Below the pieces are notes generated by a model. That model ran no database searches. It saw nothing but the letters and a program-made list of their open reading frames with translations, and was not told the DNA's origin. 64,000 nt of DNA, taken from the NCBI GenBank assembly GCA_004431415.1, contig QPMI01000532.1, positions 48,208-112,207 on the forward strand. Reading direction: 5' to 3'. The DNA is from Cyanophora paradoxa CCMP329 (Eukaryota; Plantae; Glaucophyta). This document shows positions 35,616 to 50,049 of the stretch, piece after piece. The position numbers were made by a program, and so were the translations under genes. The first letter of the stretch is position 1, and every line of letters starts with the position of its first letter.

Positions 35616-38308
35616 ATGGCGGACGACGCGGAGTGGGTGTACGAGGCGATGTCCGGGTACTTTCGATCCAAGGACTGGGCCGACACCAGTGCGTTGCAAC
35701 TGTGCCGTAGATGCACGCGCGCTTGCATGCGCGCGCGCCGCGCTCATCGAAGCCTGGCACATGTGCAGTTGACGGCTTCCTGCGGGATCACGCCGCGCTC
35801 TTCGCGAGCTCGTCGACGCCGCAGGACGTGCAGCGCGCGGCCTTCAGCAGCTACCGGGATCTGACGAGCGCTTTGCTTGCTTCTCTGCTCTCCGAGCTCG
35901 GCGTCCCCGGGCGCCAGGTGCGCCCCGCTCGCCTAGCCCCGCCCATCTTCCACCGCCGAGCCCTAAAGAGGGGCGCGCGCAGGTAGAGGCGGTGGTGCGG
36001 CGGCACTCGCGCCCGGACTCGCACGAGAAGGGCTGGCGCGCCATCAGCGCCACCGACAGCTTCAGCGCCTTCGTCTCGTCAGCCGCCGCCCGCCCCGCTT
36101 CTCGTCCGCCCGCGCGCTGACACGCGGCGGCGCGGCGCAGCTTCATGCGCGGGCAGAAGCCGTCGAGCTTCGCCGCGTCGTCGCCCTCGCGAGGGCACTG
36201 GGAGCCCGAGCCGCGCGGGGACCCGCGGCCGCAGCAGCCGCAGCAGCCGCAGCAGACTGGGCGGCAGCAGCGGTCGCCGATGCCGAGCTTCAGGCACGAG
36301 ATGGCCGGGGGCGGAGCCGGAGCCGGCGCGAGCCCGGGGCGGCGGGGCAGCGAGGAATCGGACTGGGAGCTTCGGGAGGCGGTGCGGCTGAGCCGGGAGG
36401 AGACGCGGCGGCGGGCGCTGGAGGAGGAGGAGGCGGCGGCGCTGGAGCTCGCCCTCGCCCTCTCCCTCTCCCTCACCCCGGAGGCCGACTCCCGCATCCG
36501 CGCCCTCGAGGACGAAGCGGAGGAGAAAGCGTGCGCCCTGCGCCCCGCGCGGAGCTCGCCCGAGCCTCTCTGAGGGCCGCGCAGCCTCGACATCGTGCGG
36601 GAAGCCCAGAGCGAGGACGACGGCAAGGGTCCGCTCGCTGGCCCTCCGCTCCCCGCCGGCGCGTTCAGACGGCTCCGCGCGCGCAGGGGGCAAGCCCGGC
36701 CCCGGGCGCGGGCGGCCCGTGCCGCCGCCGGCGGTGCAGGCAGCCCCGACGCTGGCGGCGCCGCCGGCCTCGGGCTCCTCCTCCTCGGGCTGGGGTGCCC
36801 CTCCTCCCTCCGGGAGCAGGCGCAGCGGCACTTCGCGCCGCGCGCGCCGCCGCCCGTCCCCTCGGGCTCGCCCGCCCCGCCCCCGCCCCGCCCGGCTCTA
36901 GCTCCCCCTCGCGGCAGTCCCTCTCGCCGAGCGCGAGCGCGCGGGGCCGGCCGCAGCCGCCCGCCGTCGCCACCGTCGCCGGCGCCAGCGCTGAGCTCTC
37001 GTCGCTGGCGCCGCTGCCGCCGCCGCGGGACGGGACGGACGCCCTCGCCGAAGCGGAGCGCCGCGCCTTCGAGGCCGAGGCCCGCCCCTTTCTCCGACTT
37101 CAGACTACCCCCCCTCCTCCCCCCCCCTCACCCCCTCCCCGGCAGGTGGAGCGGGTGAGCGAGGTGCTCCCCGGGTTCCTGTACCTGGGGTCGGCCAAGG
37201 GCGCGGCGAAGCGGGCGCTGCTGGACTCGCTCGGCGTCGACCTCGTCGTCAACGTCTCCCGCAAGTGCCCCAACCTGTCCGCCCCGCCCCGCCCCTCTTA
37301 GCTGCGAAGCGGCCTTAGTTCTTCCTCCAAGCGCCCGCTTCGCTCTTATCTTCCCTTCCCCTCTCTGGGAAGCTGCCTGCCTGCCCCGCCCCCCTCCCCT
37401 TCTCTGGGACCCGCCCGCTGATCATGAGCTGCGGATCGCGCCAGGTACCCGGACGAGTTCCGGTACGTGCACTGGGAGATCCGGGACAGGTCAGTCCGCT
37501 CAAGCTTCTTCTTCTGCGCCCCCCGCCGCCCCGCCCGGCCCCGCTTCCTTCCTTCCTTCTTTCTGACCTGGAGCCCCCGGGGTACGGCAGCCTGGACGAG
37601 GACATCGCGCGGTACTTCGCCGACTGCAACCGCATCCTCGGTCCGACCCGCCCGAGCCGGCGGCCCCGCTCTCCGGTCTCATCTCATCTCATCTCATCTC
37701 ATCTCATCTGATCGGGCCGGCGCGGCGCAGCGCTGGCGAAGCGGAGCGGGGAGGTGGTCCTCGTGGTGCGCGCCCGGCCCGGCCCTGCCCCCGGCCTGGC
37801 CCGGCCCTGCATTGGGCGGGCCTAGGCCTGAAGACGCGGCCCGGTTTCGGGGGCGCAGCACTGCATGCAGGGCGTCTCGCGCAGCGCGACGCTCGTCCTC
37901 GCGTTCCTCATGGGCGTCGAGGGCATGAGGCGCGCCCTGCCCCGGCCCGCCCCCGAGCCGGCGCTCCCGGCCGCGAACGCCGTCGCTCAAGCCTGCGCTT
38001 CTTTCTTCCTCCCGCGCGCAGCCTTCGGGGGGCGCTGAAGCTCGTGCACGCGGCGCGGCCCATCGCCTGCCCCAACCGGTGCGACCGAGGGCTCTCGCCG
38101 AGTCGCGCCTGTCCAGCCCCTCTGACCCCGGGGGCCGGGCAGGAACTTCTTCGCGCAACTGCTGCGCTACGAGATGGAACTGTTCGGCGGGCAGAGCTCC
38201 ATACGCGTCGAGGGCGCCCCGCACGGGGGCCTGCCCGCTGGCGCCGGCGCTCCCGCGGCCGCGGCCGCGGCCGGGTCCCCGGCGCGCCGCCCCGAGGCCC
38301 CCGTCTAG
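35616..38308 (+). CDS. BART (ARL2/3-binding, CFAP36-like) domain + UIM-like motifs + dual-specificity phosphatase
   Basis: N-terminus MADDAEWVYEAMSGYFRSKDW..VDGFLRDHAALF...FSSYRDLTSALLASLLSELGV (BART pattern); WELREAVRLS and ALELALALS (UIM-like); phosphatase EVLPGFLYLGS...HCMQGVSRSATLVLAFLM...RPIACPNRNFFAQLLRYE with intact HCX5R. Confidence 0.8.
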
Positions 38309-38676
38309 CCGCGAGCTCGAAGCTAGGGTAGCTAGGGCGCTCTGCTCAGTCAAGAATTTGCACGCGTTTGCGAGAAAACGGCCGGCGCCGGCCGGCCGCG
38401 GCCGGCGCCGGCGCCGTGACCAGTGGCAACGCCGAAAAGGTACCGACCATGCAGCTAACAGCCGGTACCCCCCGACCGGCCGTCGCATCTCAAGAAGCGA
38501 ACCGCCTTCTGGGGCGTTGCGAGCTGAAATCTCCCCAGCGATCAGCGCGCAGCACCGCGCACCCAGCTAGCTTCGTACAGCGCCCCCGCCTTCATCGCAT
38601 CTGCTTCGCATCTTTCGCCGGTTGGTCTCCCGGCGCGGCGCCCTGGGCGGGATTTCGTAGGCGCGGCAAGAAATAG

Positions 38677-41455
<2,779 letters not shown>

Positions 41456-42186
41456 ACCCCACGGCAGAGCGTGCTCTGATTTCGGCCGATCCGGAACTAT
41501 GTACCATAAAATTAGTGTATATCCATAGCCTTTAAGGTTCATTTTTACGCAAGCAGTCCGCTTCAGACGTCCCGAGATTAAGCTTTTTCACTCTCGGCCA
41601 GTCCTGCCGTACTCTCAGCCTGTCCCGCCCTATTTGTTTCGCCTGTGAGATTAAAGCTCTAGATGTAGAACCACATTTGAAGTAGACGTCAGAGTGTCCG
41701 CCCAGGTCGGAGCTTCAGCCCAAGTAGAGCTTGATCATGAAGCGATTCCATGATGCCTTTTCGATATTCATTCAATGGTAGATATCCAACCTAATGACTC
41801 GTTATCGATATCGACGAAGCTGTAAAGATTTCACCAACGAAAATTGTGTACTTAAGCTTGGCAAGCTACTAGTAAGCCAGCGCTAGCGCTAGCCGTCGAC
41901 GTTGGGCGCCTTGCATTGAGCCCTGAAGGCTGACGACCCCAAGTCACTCGCTTCGTTGCAATTGAAAGGCCGCTAGCGCTCAGCGGCTCGGACCGGTACC
42001 GCGGTCCGCGGCAGTGCCTGCTGCGCTAGCGCTGGAAGCCTGGAACTCGCGATCGCGAGTTTTCACTGAAAAAAAACGTTAACGAGAAACTTGAAAAGAA
42101 AAAAGAAAAGAGGCGGAGACAGCAGCGGCCGGGTACGGCGCACTCGAGCAGCCTCTCCGGATCCGGATTAGCGCCCGCCCGACGAC

Positions 42187-45100
42187 ATGCCTGCAGCATC
42201 TGGCGGCGCCCGCTCGCGTGCGGTGCATTCTCATCGCCCGCGGCCCGCTCATCCCGCCGCCCGCGCCAAGTTCGAGCCCGGGCGCGGCGCCGGCCGTGCG
42301 GGCAACCCGGATCGGCGCAATGAGTCCCGAGGGTGTGTAAGTCGTCTTTGACTCCCGCCCAGCACGCCGCCTGACCTAGTCCCGCCCTCGCGGCGTTCTC
42401 CCGTCGCAGGCCGGCCGCGGACGGGCGGGCGTGCGCGACGCCGCGGTCCCCGCCGATCGCGGAGAGGGTGAAGCGCGCTATCTCCGCACCCGCGAGGATA
42501 TTCCGCGCGCTCGGCGCGTCGCTCTTCGCCAGGCAGTCGGCCCCCGCTGGAGCTTCGGAGCGAGCCGTGCACCTGCAGCGCGCCGCCTCGCGTAGCTTCT
42601 CCGACGTGCAATCTGCGTGTCTCTTTGTCTCTGCGTCTCCTCTGCAACTTGTCCGCGCTCCGGCCATTTTACGGCCGCCCGCCGCGCCCTTCTGCCCGCA
42701 GGACCAGCCCACCCAGCCGCCTAAGCAGCAGCCGACCATCGCTGGCGCTACGTCGCATGCGCGCGCCTCGCAAAGCGGGCGAGCGGCGGGCGGCGGGCAG
42801 CTTCCGTCGCGTGCGTTCTTCGGCGGCACTTTGCAGCTGGGCCCCTCTGCTTCGATCGACCGCCAGCCAACGCCGCACGGTCTGTCGTCAAGGTTCCGTT
42901 TGATCGTGAGCAGTTTCTGATCACCCCACGCAGACCTCTCACTGGCGCCGCGGGCCGAGGCGCCGCCGCCCGGCGAGCCGAAGAATCCGGCGCCCGCCCG
43001 CCCGCGGTCGCCGCCCGCGGTGCCCTTCGCGAACAAGAGACCTGAGGACGACCTTCGCTATCTGAACGGGAATTTTCAGCCGGTGCGCAGCGCCGGCTCT
43101 GTTGGAGAGCCAGAATCCGAGTGTGATTTGATCGCAGGTGGACAAGGAAATCCTCGTGGAGGGCCTGGAGACAATCGGGACGATCCCCGAGGACCTGAAC
43201 GGCGCGAATTTGAATTTGAATTCGAATTCGATCCCGTGGCTCGTGCGAGATTTGATCGCATTGCGCGCGCGCGCAGGCGTCTTCATCCGCAACGGGTCGA
43301 ACCCGCGCTTCTCGCCCACGCTCCCCTACCACTGGATCGACGTCCGCTCCCTCTGCCTGTACCCCTACGCGTTCCGTTTTCCTCAAGGTCCGGCGGCAGG
43401 GCGACGGCATGCTGCACGCCACGGCGCTCATCGGCGGCAAGGCGGGGTACGCGAACCGCTGGATCCGCACCAACGCGTTCAACCTCGAGACCGCCGCCGG
43501 CTCGCCCGTACCCCGTACCCCGCCCACTCCACGCCGCCGTGCCCCTGACGCCGTACCGTACCCCTAACGCAGGCCGGCCGCTCTTCCAGTCGGTGCTGAT
43601 GTCACCCCCCGGGATCCGCTGCATGCAGGTCCGGAACCCCCCCTCGAACCCCCCCCCCCCCCCCCCCCCCCCTCTTTCCCTCCTGCCTTGACTCGCCCCG
43701 GCCTCCTCGCAGCGGCTGTTCGGGAACCTGTTCCGGAGCGGCGGAGAAGCCTACAAGGGCGCCGCCAACACGTCCGCCCCTTGCTTCCTTCCTAACTCTT
43801 CTAGTGCTTATCCTCGCCCCCGTCTTCCCCCGCAGGTCGATCGTGGGGTTCGGGGGCCGGCTGCTGGCGCTGGCGGAGGACGGGCCCCCCGTCGAGATTG
43901 ACCCCCACGACCTCTCCACACGGTACCCTCGAAGCCCGCTCCCGGCCCCGGCCCGGCCCGGCCCGGCCCGCGGGCTCTGACCTTTCTCCGCCTCAGGGGT
44001 CGCTTCACGTTCGACGGGCGCTGGGACGGGTGCGTCGTCCGCCCCCGCGCCCGCCCGCCCGCCCCCAGAGGCTCTAGATCTGAGGCGTACCCCGCCCCCC
44101 CGCGCCCTGCCTCGCAGGCCGTTCACGGCGCACCCGAAGATCGACCCGGCGACCGGCGAGATGGTCGTCTTCGGGTCCGCCCCCCCCTCCCCGGGCCGGC
44201 CCCCCGCCCCCCGGCCTCCCGCCCGCCTGCTCGCCGGCCTGCATTCGCCCGCCCCGGGCCGCCCCCCGCCCGCCCGCCCCCGAGCCCATCCGAGCCCATC
44301 CGAGCCCCCGAGCCCATCCGAGCCCCGCCCCGTTTTAGCTTCGAGCCCATCCGCCTTCTCGCCTCGAGTTTCGCCCTTCGCCGGCCCCCTATTATGCTTC
44401 TTCGAGGCTTCCTTCCGAGCTTCAGCCTAGGGCCCCGAAGGCAGCCACCCCCTCGATCTGAGATCTGATCCGATCTGATCCGATCTGATCCGATCTGATC
44501 CGATCTGATCTGATCTGATATGCTCCCCGCAGGATCTCGGACTTGAAGGCGGTGCCCTTCTCGCCCGCCATCCGCTACGGCGTCTTCTCCAAGACCGTGC
44601 GCCCCCCCCCCCCCCCCCCCCCCCTCCCTCTCCTTCTCCTTCCCTCCTTTCTGCACTTTCTGCTCTACACTCTGCAGTTTCTGATCATGAGCTCCCCGCT
44701 CCGCAGGGCCGCCTCACCAACTCCCTCACCCTCCGCTTCGGGAGGTGCCCCCGCCCCCGCCCCCTGCGCCCCTGCGCCCCCGCCCTCGAGCTCCCCCCGC
44801 AGCACGCGGTGCCCGCTGATGCACGACTTCGCGGTCACGCCGCGCTACTCGATCCTCTACGACTCCGTGCGCCCCGCCCCTCGCCCCTCGCCCCGTCCCG
44901 TCCCGCCCGGCTTTAAGCTTGTAGTTCCTCGCAATCTTTATTTCAACGGTTTCCAATTCCTTCAACGTCAACTCTAGCTCTGTCGAATTCTTTCCCCTCT
45001 CGCCCCTCTCCCCTCGCCCCCCGCCCCTCGCCCGCCGTCCTTCAGCGATCTCTGACTCGACTCTAACGTCTCCTTGCCCGCAGCCCTTCAACATCCGGAC

Positions 45101-47875
45101 GACGCGCATCCTCTCCAACTCGCACCCCGTCGGCTGCGAGCGGGGGCACCCCCTCCGGTCCGACCCGCCCCGCCCCCGCCTCCACCCCCGCCCCCGGTCC
45201 TCGAATCCTCTGGATCTAACCCCCGCCCCCCGGGCCCGCCAGGTTCTGGGTTGTACCCCGACACGCGACCTCCGCCTCGCAAGTGCGGCGCTTCGAGGCG
45301 TCGCCCGCCCACCTCTGGCCCGCCCCGCCCCGCCCCGCCCCGCCCCGCCCTCAATATAAACCTCTAGAGCGCGATGTCCGCCCCGCCCTCTCCGAGGCGC
45401 CGCCGCTGCGCCGCCTGACGCCCGGGCAGGCACACGGCGAACGCGTACGAGGACGGGCGCACCATCGTCGTCATCGCCAACCGGCCCGCCCGCCCGCCCC
45501 TCCCTTCCGCCCGTCCCCGACTCTCGATCGATCATATCTAACCTAGATGGGCGCCATCCTCCTAGACCCTCCCCACCCCTCTCACCCCCGCCCCGCCCCT
45601 CCCCTCTCACCCCCTCTAGACCTAGATCTGATCACCCTATTCTAGATCTAGATCTGATCTCCGCGCCGGCGCCCCCCTCCCGCCCCTCCCGCCCCTCCCG
45701 CCCCTCACCCCCAGCTCCCCTACCTACGTCATCGCCAACCGGCGCGCCCACCCTCTAGATCTAGATGTAGATTTGATCTGCGCCCCTCCCGCCCCTCATC
45801 CCCGGCTCCCCTACCTGCGTCATGGCTAACCGGCTCGCCCGTTCTCTAGATCTAGATCTAGATCCGATCTGCGCCCCTCCCGCCCCTCATCCCCGGCTCC
45901 CCTCCCCCTCCTGATCTCTCTGCGGGGCAGGGTGGAGGTGCCGGTGGACCTTGCGGGCTTCAGCCAGCCCGGTGCCCCCCGCCCCGCCCCGACCCCGTCC
46001 CCAGACTACTACTACTCGGCCCCCCGCCTGACGCTTCGCCCCCCGATGCGCAGCGAAGCTGTGGCGGTACGAGCTGGACCTCGACACCGGTCGCGTCCGC
46101 GAGGCCCGCCCGCCCCTCCCTCCCTCCCCCTCTCCCCCCACGCACCCTCCCTCCCTGGGGACTGGAGCCCCCCGGCCCCCGCCGGCGCCCTAGATTCTTC
46201 CTCCCCCTCCCCCTTCTTCCTCCCCCTCCCCCTCCGCCCCTCCCTCCCTCCCCCTCTCTCTCCCTCTCCTCCCGCGCCTCGACCCCCGCCTCCGGCGGGA
46301 GGAGGGAGGGCGTCCCCATAGCGAAGGCCTAGATCCTTCCTCCCCCTCCCCTCCCCTCCCCCTCCTCCGGCCCCTCCTCCCCCCCCCCCAACCCACCCCC
46401 CCCACCCCCCCTCCCTCAGGGCCCGCTGGCGGCGTCGGCGGTGGAGTTTCCCTCCGTCAACGGCGCCTTCGCCGGCCTCCACGCCCGGTGCGGTGGGGCG
46501 GGGCGGGGGCTTGGGCGGGTGGGGCGGGTGGGGCGGGCCGAGGCCGGGCGGGGCGGGTGGGGCCGGGCGGGCCCAGGCCGGTGGGGCGGGCCCAGGCCGG
46601 CCTAGGCCTTCGCCGGCCTCCGCGCCCGGTCCGGTGGGGCGGGCGCCGGGGCGGGGGTGGGGGGGTGGGGGCGGGGGCGGGGCTGACCCAGTCCCGCGTC
46701 TGCTTCTTAGGGCTTCCGTGGGGAACCTCGAGCGGGGGGGGCCCGTCCACGGGGGTGGGGTCGGGGCGGCCGTGCCGGGCAGCATGGAGGTTTGAGCTTT
46801 CAAGGGGAGGGGGCCTCGAGCCGGGGCGGGCCGGGCGCCCGGCCATCCGAGCACCTGAGTCCGCGTCCAACCATCCGGGGCGGCAGGTACGTGTACGCGT
46901 CGCGGAAGGCGGAGGGGGAGGACGGCCCCAAGTGGGACGCCCTCGTCAAGCTCGACACCCGCTCCGGTGCTAGCCCGGCCCCGGCCCCCGGCCCCGGCCC
47001 CGCCCCCGCCGCCCTCCCGCAGATCTGTCCCTCATAAGAGATGCATGCGCAAGAGATACAATCCCTTTATCATAGAATTTTACGAGAGATCTTTGTTCCG
47101 CCGCCCCCGGCCCCGCCCTCGGCCCCCGGCCCCGGGCCCTACGCCTTCCACAGCCCCTGACTTCCGCGCTCGCGCGCCCCTCGCAGGGGAGATACGTGAG
47201 ACGTCGCTGGGCCCCCGGACCTACGCCGGCGCGCCCCGCGCCCCTCCCTTCCCCCCGCCCCTCGCGGATCCTTCGAACCGACGGGCGCAGGGGAGTTCGC
47301 GTTCGTGGCGCGGCGCTGCCCGACCGCCGAGGACGACGGGTACCTCGTGCGCCCCGCCTTAATTAAGCTCTTAAGATATATAAGAGATATTAAGAGGTTA
47401 GTTATATATGTTATAAGAGCTCATAAGAGACGACGGACACCTCGTGGCCCTCGTTCCCTCTTCCTTTCTAACGCCACCGCGCCGCCGCGCTGGGGGCGTC
47501 TCGTCTGAGCCCCCGAGCCCGGCGTCTGATCCTGATCTCGCCCCCCCCCCCAGGTGGGGTACGTGCACGACGAGGGGGCGGACCAGTCGGAGCTCCGCGT
47601 GTTCGACGCGGCCGCGCTCGGGGACCCCCTCGCCCGCGTCCTCCTCCCCCAGCGCGTCCCCTACGGTACCCACCCCTCTTTCCCTCCCCCCTCCTCCCCC
47701 CCCCCCTGGCTATTTACTGGAACGCTTGAAACGCCAAAACTTTTTCGCCATCTCAATAGCTAAAACCGCCTAGCGCTCAGTCTCTAGCATGCAGAACCGC
47801 GCTCGAGATCGCACGCTGACGGGCGTCGGGCGCGGGGCATGCGCAGGGTTCCACGGGGCCTTCTTCCCCGTGTAG
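42187..47875 (+). CDS. Carotenoid cleavage dioxygenase (RPE65/CCD family)
   Basis: YLNGNFQPV, GTIPEDLNGVFIRNGSNP, YHWIDGDGMLH, FTAHPKIDP, LMHDFAVT, HTANAYED, EFPSVN, EDDGYL and VPYGFHG; all four Fe-binding His are present. Exons upstream of about 42930 are uncertain. Confidence 0.9.
45465..45905 (+). repeat. Intronic tandem repeat (about 90 bp units) that copies the upstream exon end and donor
   Basis: GTCATCGCCAACCGG (exon end, about 45470) recurs at about 45728 and, degenerate, at about 45819. Each copy is followed by ctctagatctagat...gatctgcgcccctcccgcccctcatccccggctccc. Confidence 0.8.
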
Positions 47876-48369
47876 GCGCCGCCAGGCGGCGCTTGCCGAG
47901 TCGCGGATCGCTGCAGCTAATCGCCAGTCGAATTCGAAGCCCGCTTAACCTTCGACGTCGCTCGGGCGCTCGGGCGCCCTGAGTCTAGGTTTTAGAGCAC
48001 CCTGCGATTGTTGTTCCCAGTATTGCCAGGCTAGATAGCTGGCAAGGTGGTGTATTGGGGGGTACAGGCAGACTGAGCTACAGGGGTACAGGGCTACAGG
48101 GACTTGGACAGTATATCACTGCTGCAATACCAGCCTCCGTAGCTTCGAATTCCTTGTACAGCTATAGCTAAACTCAAAACTCTCAACCTAAGAGCCAACG
48201 ACGAACGAGAAGAGAGGAAGATCGATATCGATGTCCGTCTAAATTAGAGCGTTCAACTTCGAATTCATCTACTAGATCGATATATATCGTCGCGGGGCAA
48301 TTGCAACGAAGAAACCGCCCTCGTCGTGCACGTACCCCCGGGCCCCCACTGGTGACTGGTGCCCGGTAC

Positions 48370-48530
48370 CGTCGGACTCCGGAGTCCGGACTCGACCGGA
48401 GTCGCGAGTCTCGCGACTCGCAACTCCGGAGTCCGGACTCGACCGGAGTCGCGAGTCGCGACTCAGATTCCGATCGCGTCGTCACTCGGACTCACTCAGA
48501 CGCATGCGGACTCTTGCGGAGTCATTGCGG
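48370..48530. repeat. GACTC/GAGTC-rich nested palindrome with 35-bp direct repeat
   Basis: actccggagtccggactcgaccggagtcgcgagtc occurs twice (about 48376 and about 48423) and is internally self-complementary. Confidence 0.75.
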
Positions 48531-48547
48531 ACAGATCATCGGATCTA

Positions 48548-48778
48548 CCGTGTACGACTTATATACCGCGCTGACTTAACTACCGCGCTGCCAAATTACC
48601 GCGCTCAAAATTTTTATAACGCAGTAATTTGGTAGCGCAGTATTACCTCCTTGGCTAAGAAATAGCAGATTTTTTGAGGCCGATGGAACGCGGTAATTTG
48701 GTAACGCAGTAAAGCGCAAATCGGGCCCAAATTTTTGGAACGCGCTAATTTGTGACGCGGTATTTAAGTCTTACACGG
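48548..48778. mobile_element. MITE, Tc1/mariner superfamily (Tc2/pogo-like CCGT ends), copy 1
   Basis: TA|CCGTGTACGACTTATATACCGCG ... CGCGGTATTTAAGTCTTACACGG|TA: about 23-bp TIR with 2 mismatches, TA on both sides, subterminal AATTACCGCGCT motifs, no ORF. Confidence 0.85.
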
Positions 48779-49076
48779 TAGTCATTATCTAGATTCTAGC
48801 GCTAGCCTAGCTAGACACCAGCATGCGCCGTTCAACGGTTCTACAGTAGATCTCGACTCTGAGTCTGAGTCTGCAATGACTCTGCATTGCCCCATGCATT
48901 ATTATTCCGTTACACGGTAGCTCAGTAGCTGGTCCGAGCGGCCAGGACCGAGCCTGCAGCTGGTCGGTTTGGCTCGGTTAAGAGGCTGCGGAGTCTATGT
49001 GCTAGGCTGCCACAGCCTGCCAGCTGGTCTCATATGCATCTGTGCTAGCCTAGTAGGCTGGTCTCATATACATCTA

Positions 49077-49314
49077 CCGTGTAATACTTAATTACCGCGC
49101 TGACATAACTACTGCGCTACCATATTACTGCGCTCAAAAGTTTTAGAACGCAGTAATTTGGTAGCGCAATAAATGTCTTTTGTTAACACTTTTCTATGGG
49201 CAGATTGATAAGAACGCAGTAATTCGGTACCGCGCTAAAGCGCCTGCCGGGCAGTGCCGGCGCAGAAATTCTAGAACGCAGTAATTTGTGGCGCGGTAAT
49301 TAAGTATTACACGG
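49077..49314. mobile_element. MITE of the same family, copy 2
   Basis: TA|CCGTGTAATACTTAATTACCGCGC ... GCGCGGTAATTAAGTATTACACGG|TA: perfect 24-bp TIR with TA target duplication. Confidence 0.88.
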
Positions 49315-50049
49315 TAGTAGTACTGTTGCAGTGCTGCGCTGCCAAAGCCTGCCCGCGGCCACTAGTACTGAGTACTGCCGCAGTGCCCGGGTCTGCCCCG
49401 GCCCCCGCGGGCGGGCCGGGCCCCGGCCCCCGGCGGGTGGCAGGCGCCTGTGAGCTCGAGGCAGCCTGGCAGCCTGTGGGCCTGTGGCAGGTGTCCGGCG
49501 CCACTGCCCGGCGCCCGCGCCGGCCCCGCGGCCCCGCGCGGGCCCCGGGGCTGGAGCCGCTGGACTGTCACAGTGTTTTTGTGCTCGATCGGAAATTCGG
49601 AATGGCCAAGCAAGTTGAGACTCTCGAGCTCGAGCTCGATAGAATCGAAGACTATCGACTTACGAGTCGTTAATTAGTAGGACTCGTTACGACTCACTTA
49701 CGACTCCAAGTTACGAGTCTTAACTTACGACTCTAAGTTACCAGGCTGGTCTCATATGCATCTGCGCCGATCCTGCGGTGACACTGGTGTGACAGTGCGG
49801 TCAACTTTGGGCCTTTGGCAAGCTTAAGGTTCTTGATCATGAGTGATGTGTATATATATATCCCGTCACGATTCCCGTGTGACGTACGGTAGTAAGTACT
49901 AGCCTATAGCTAGTAGTAGTAACGGTACTAGGCTACTACTAGCTGCACAGGCTATAGTGCTGGTGTAGTAACGTCTAGCTACTAGGCTACAGTGCTGCTG
50001 CACGGCGCGCGCGCGAAGCGGATCGGAGTCAAAGCTGTTCAAATTCTGT

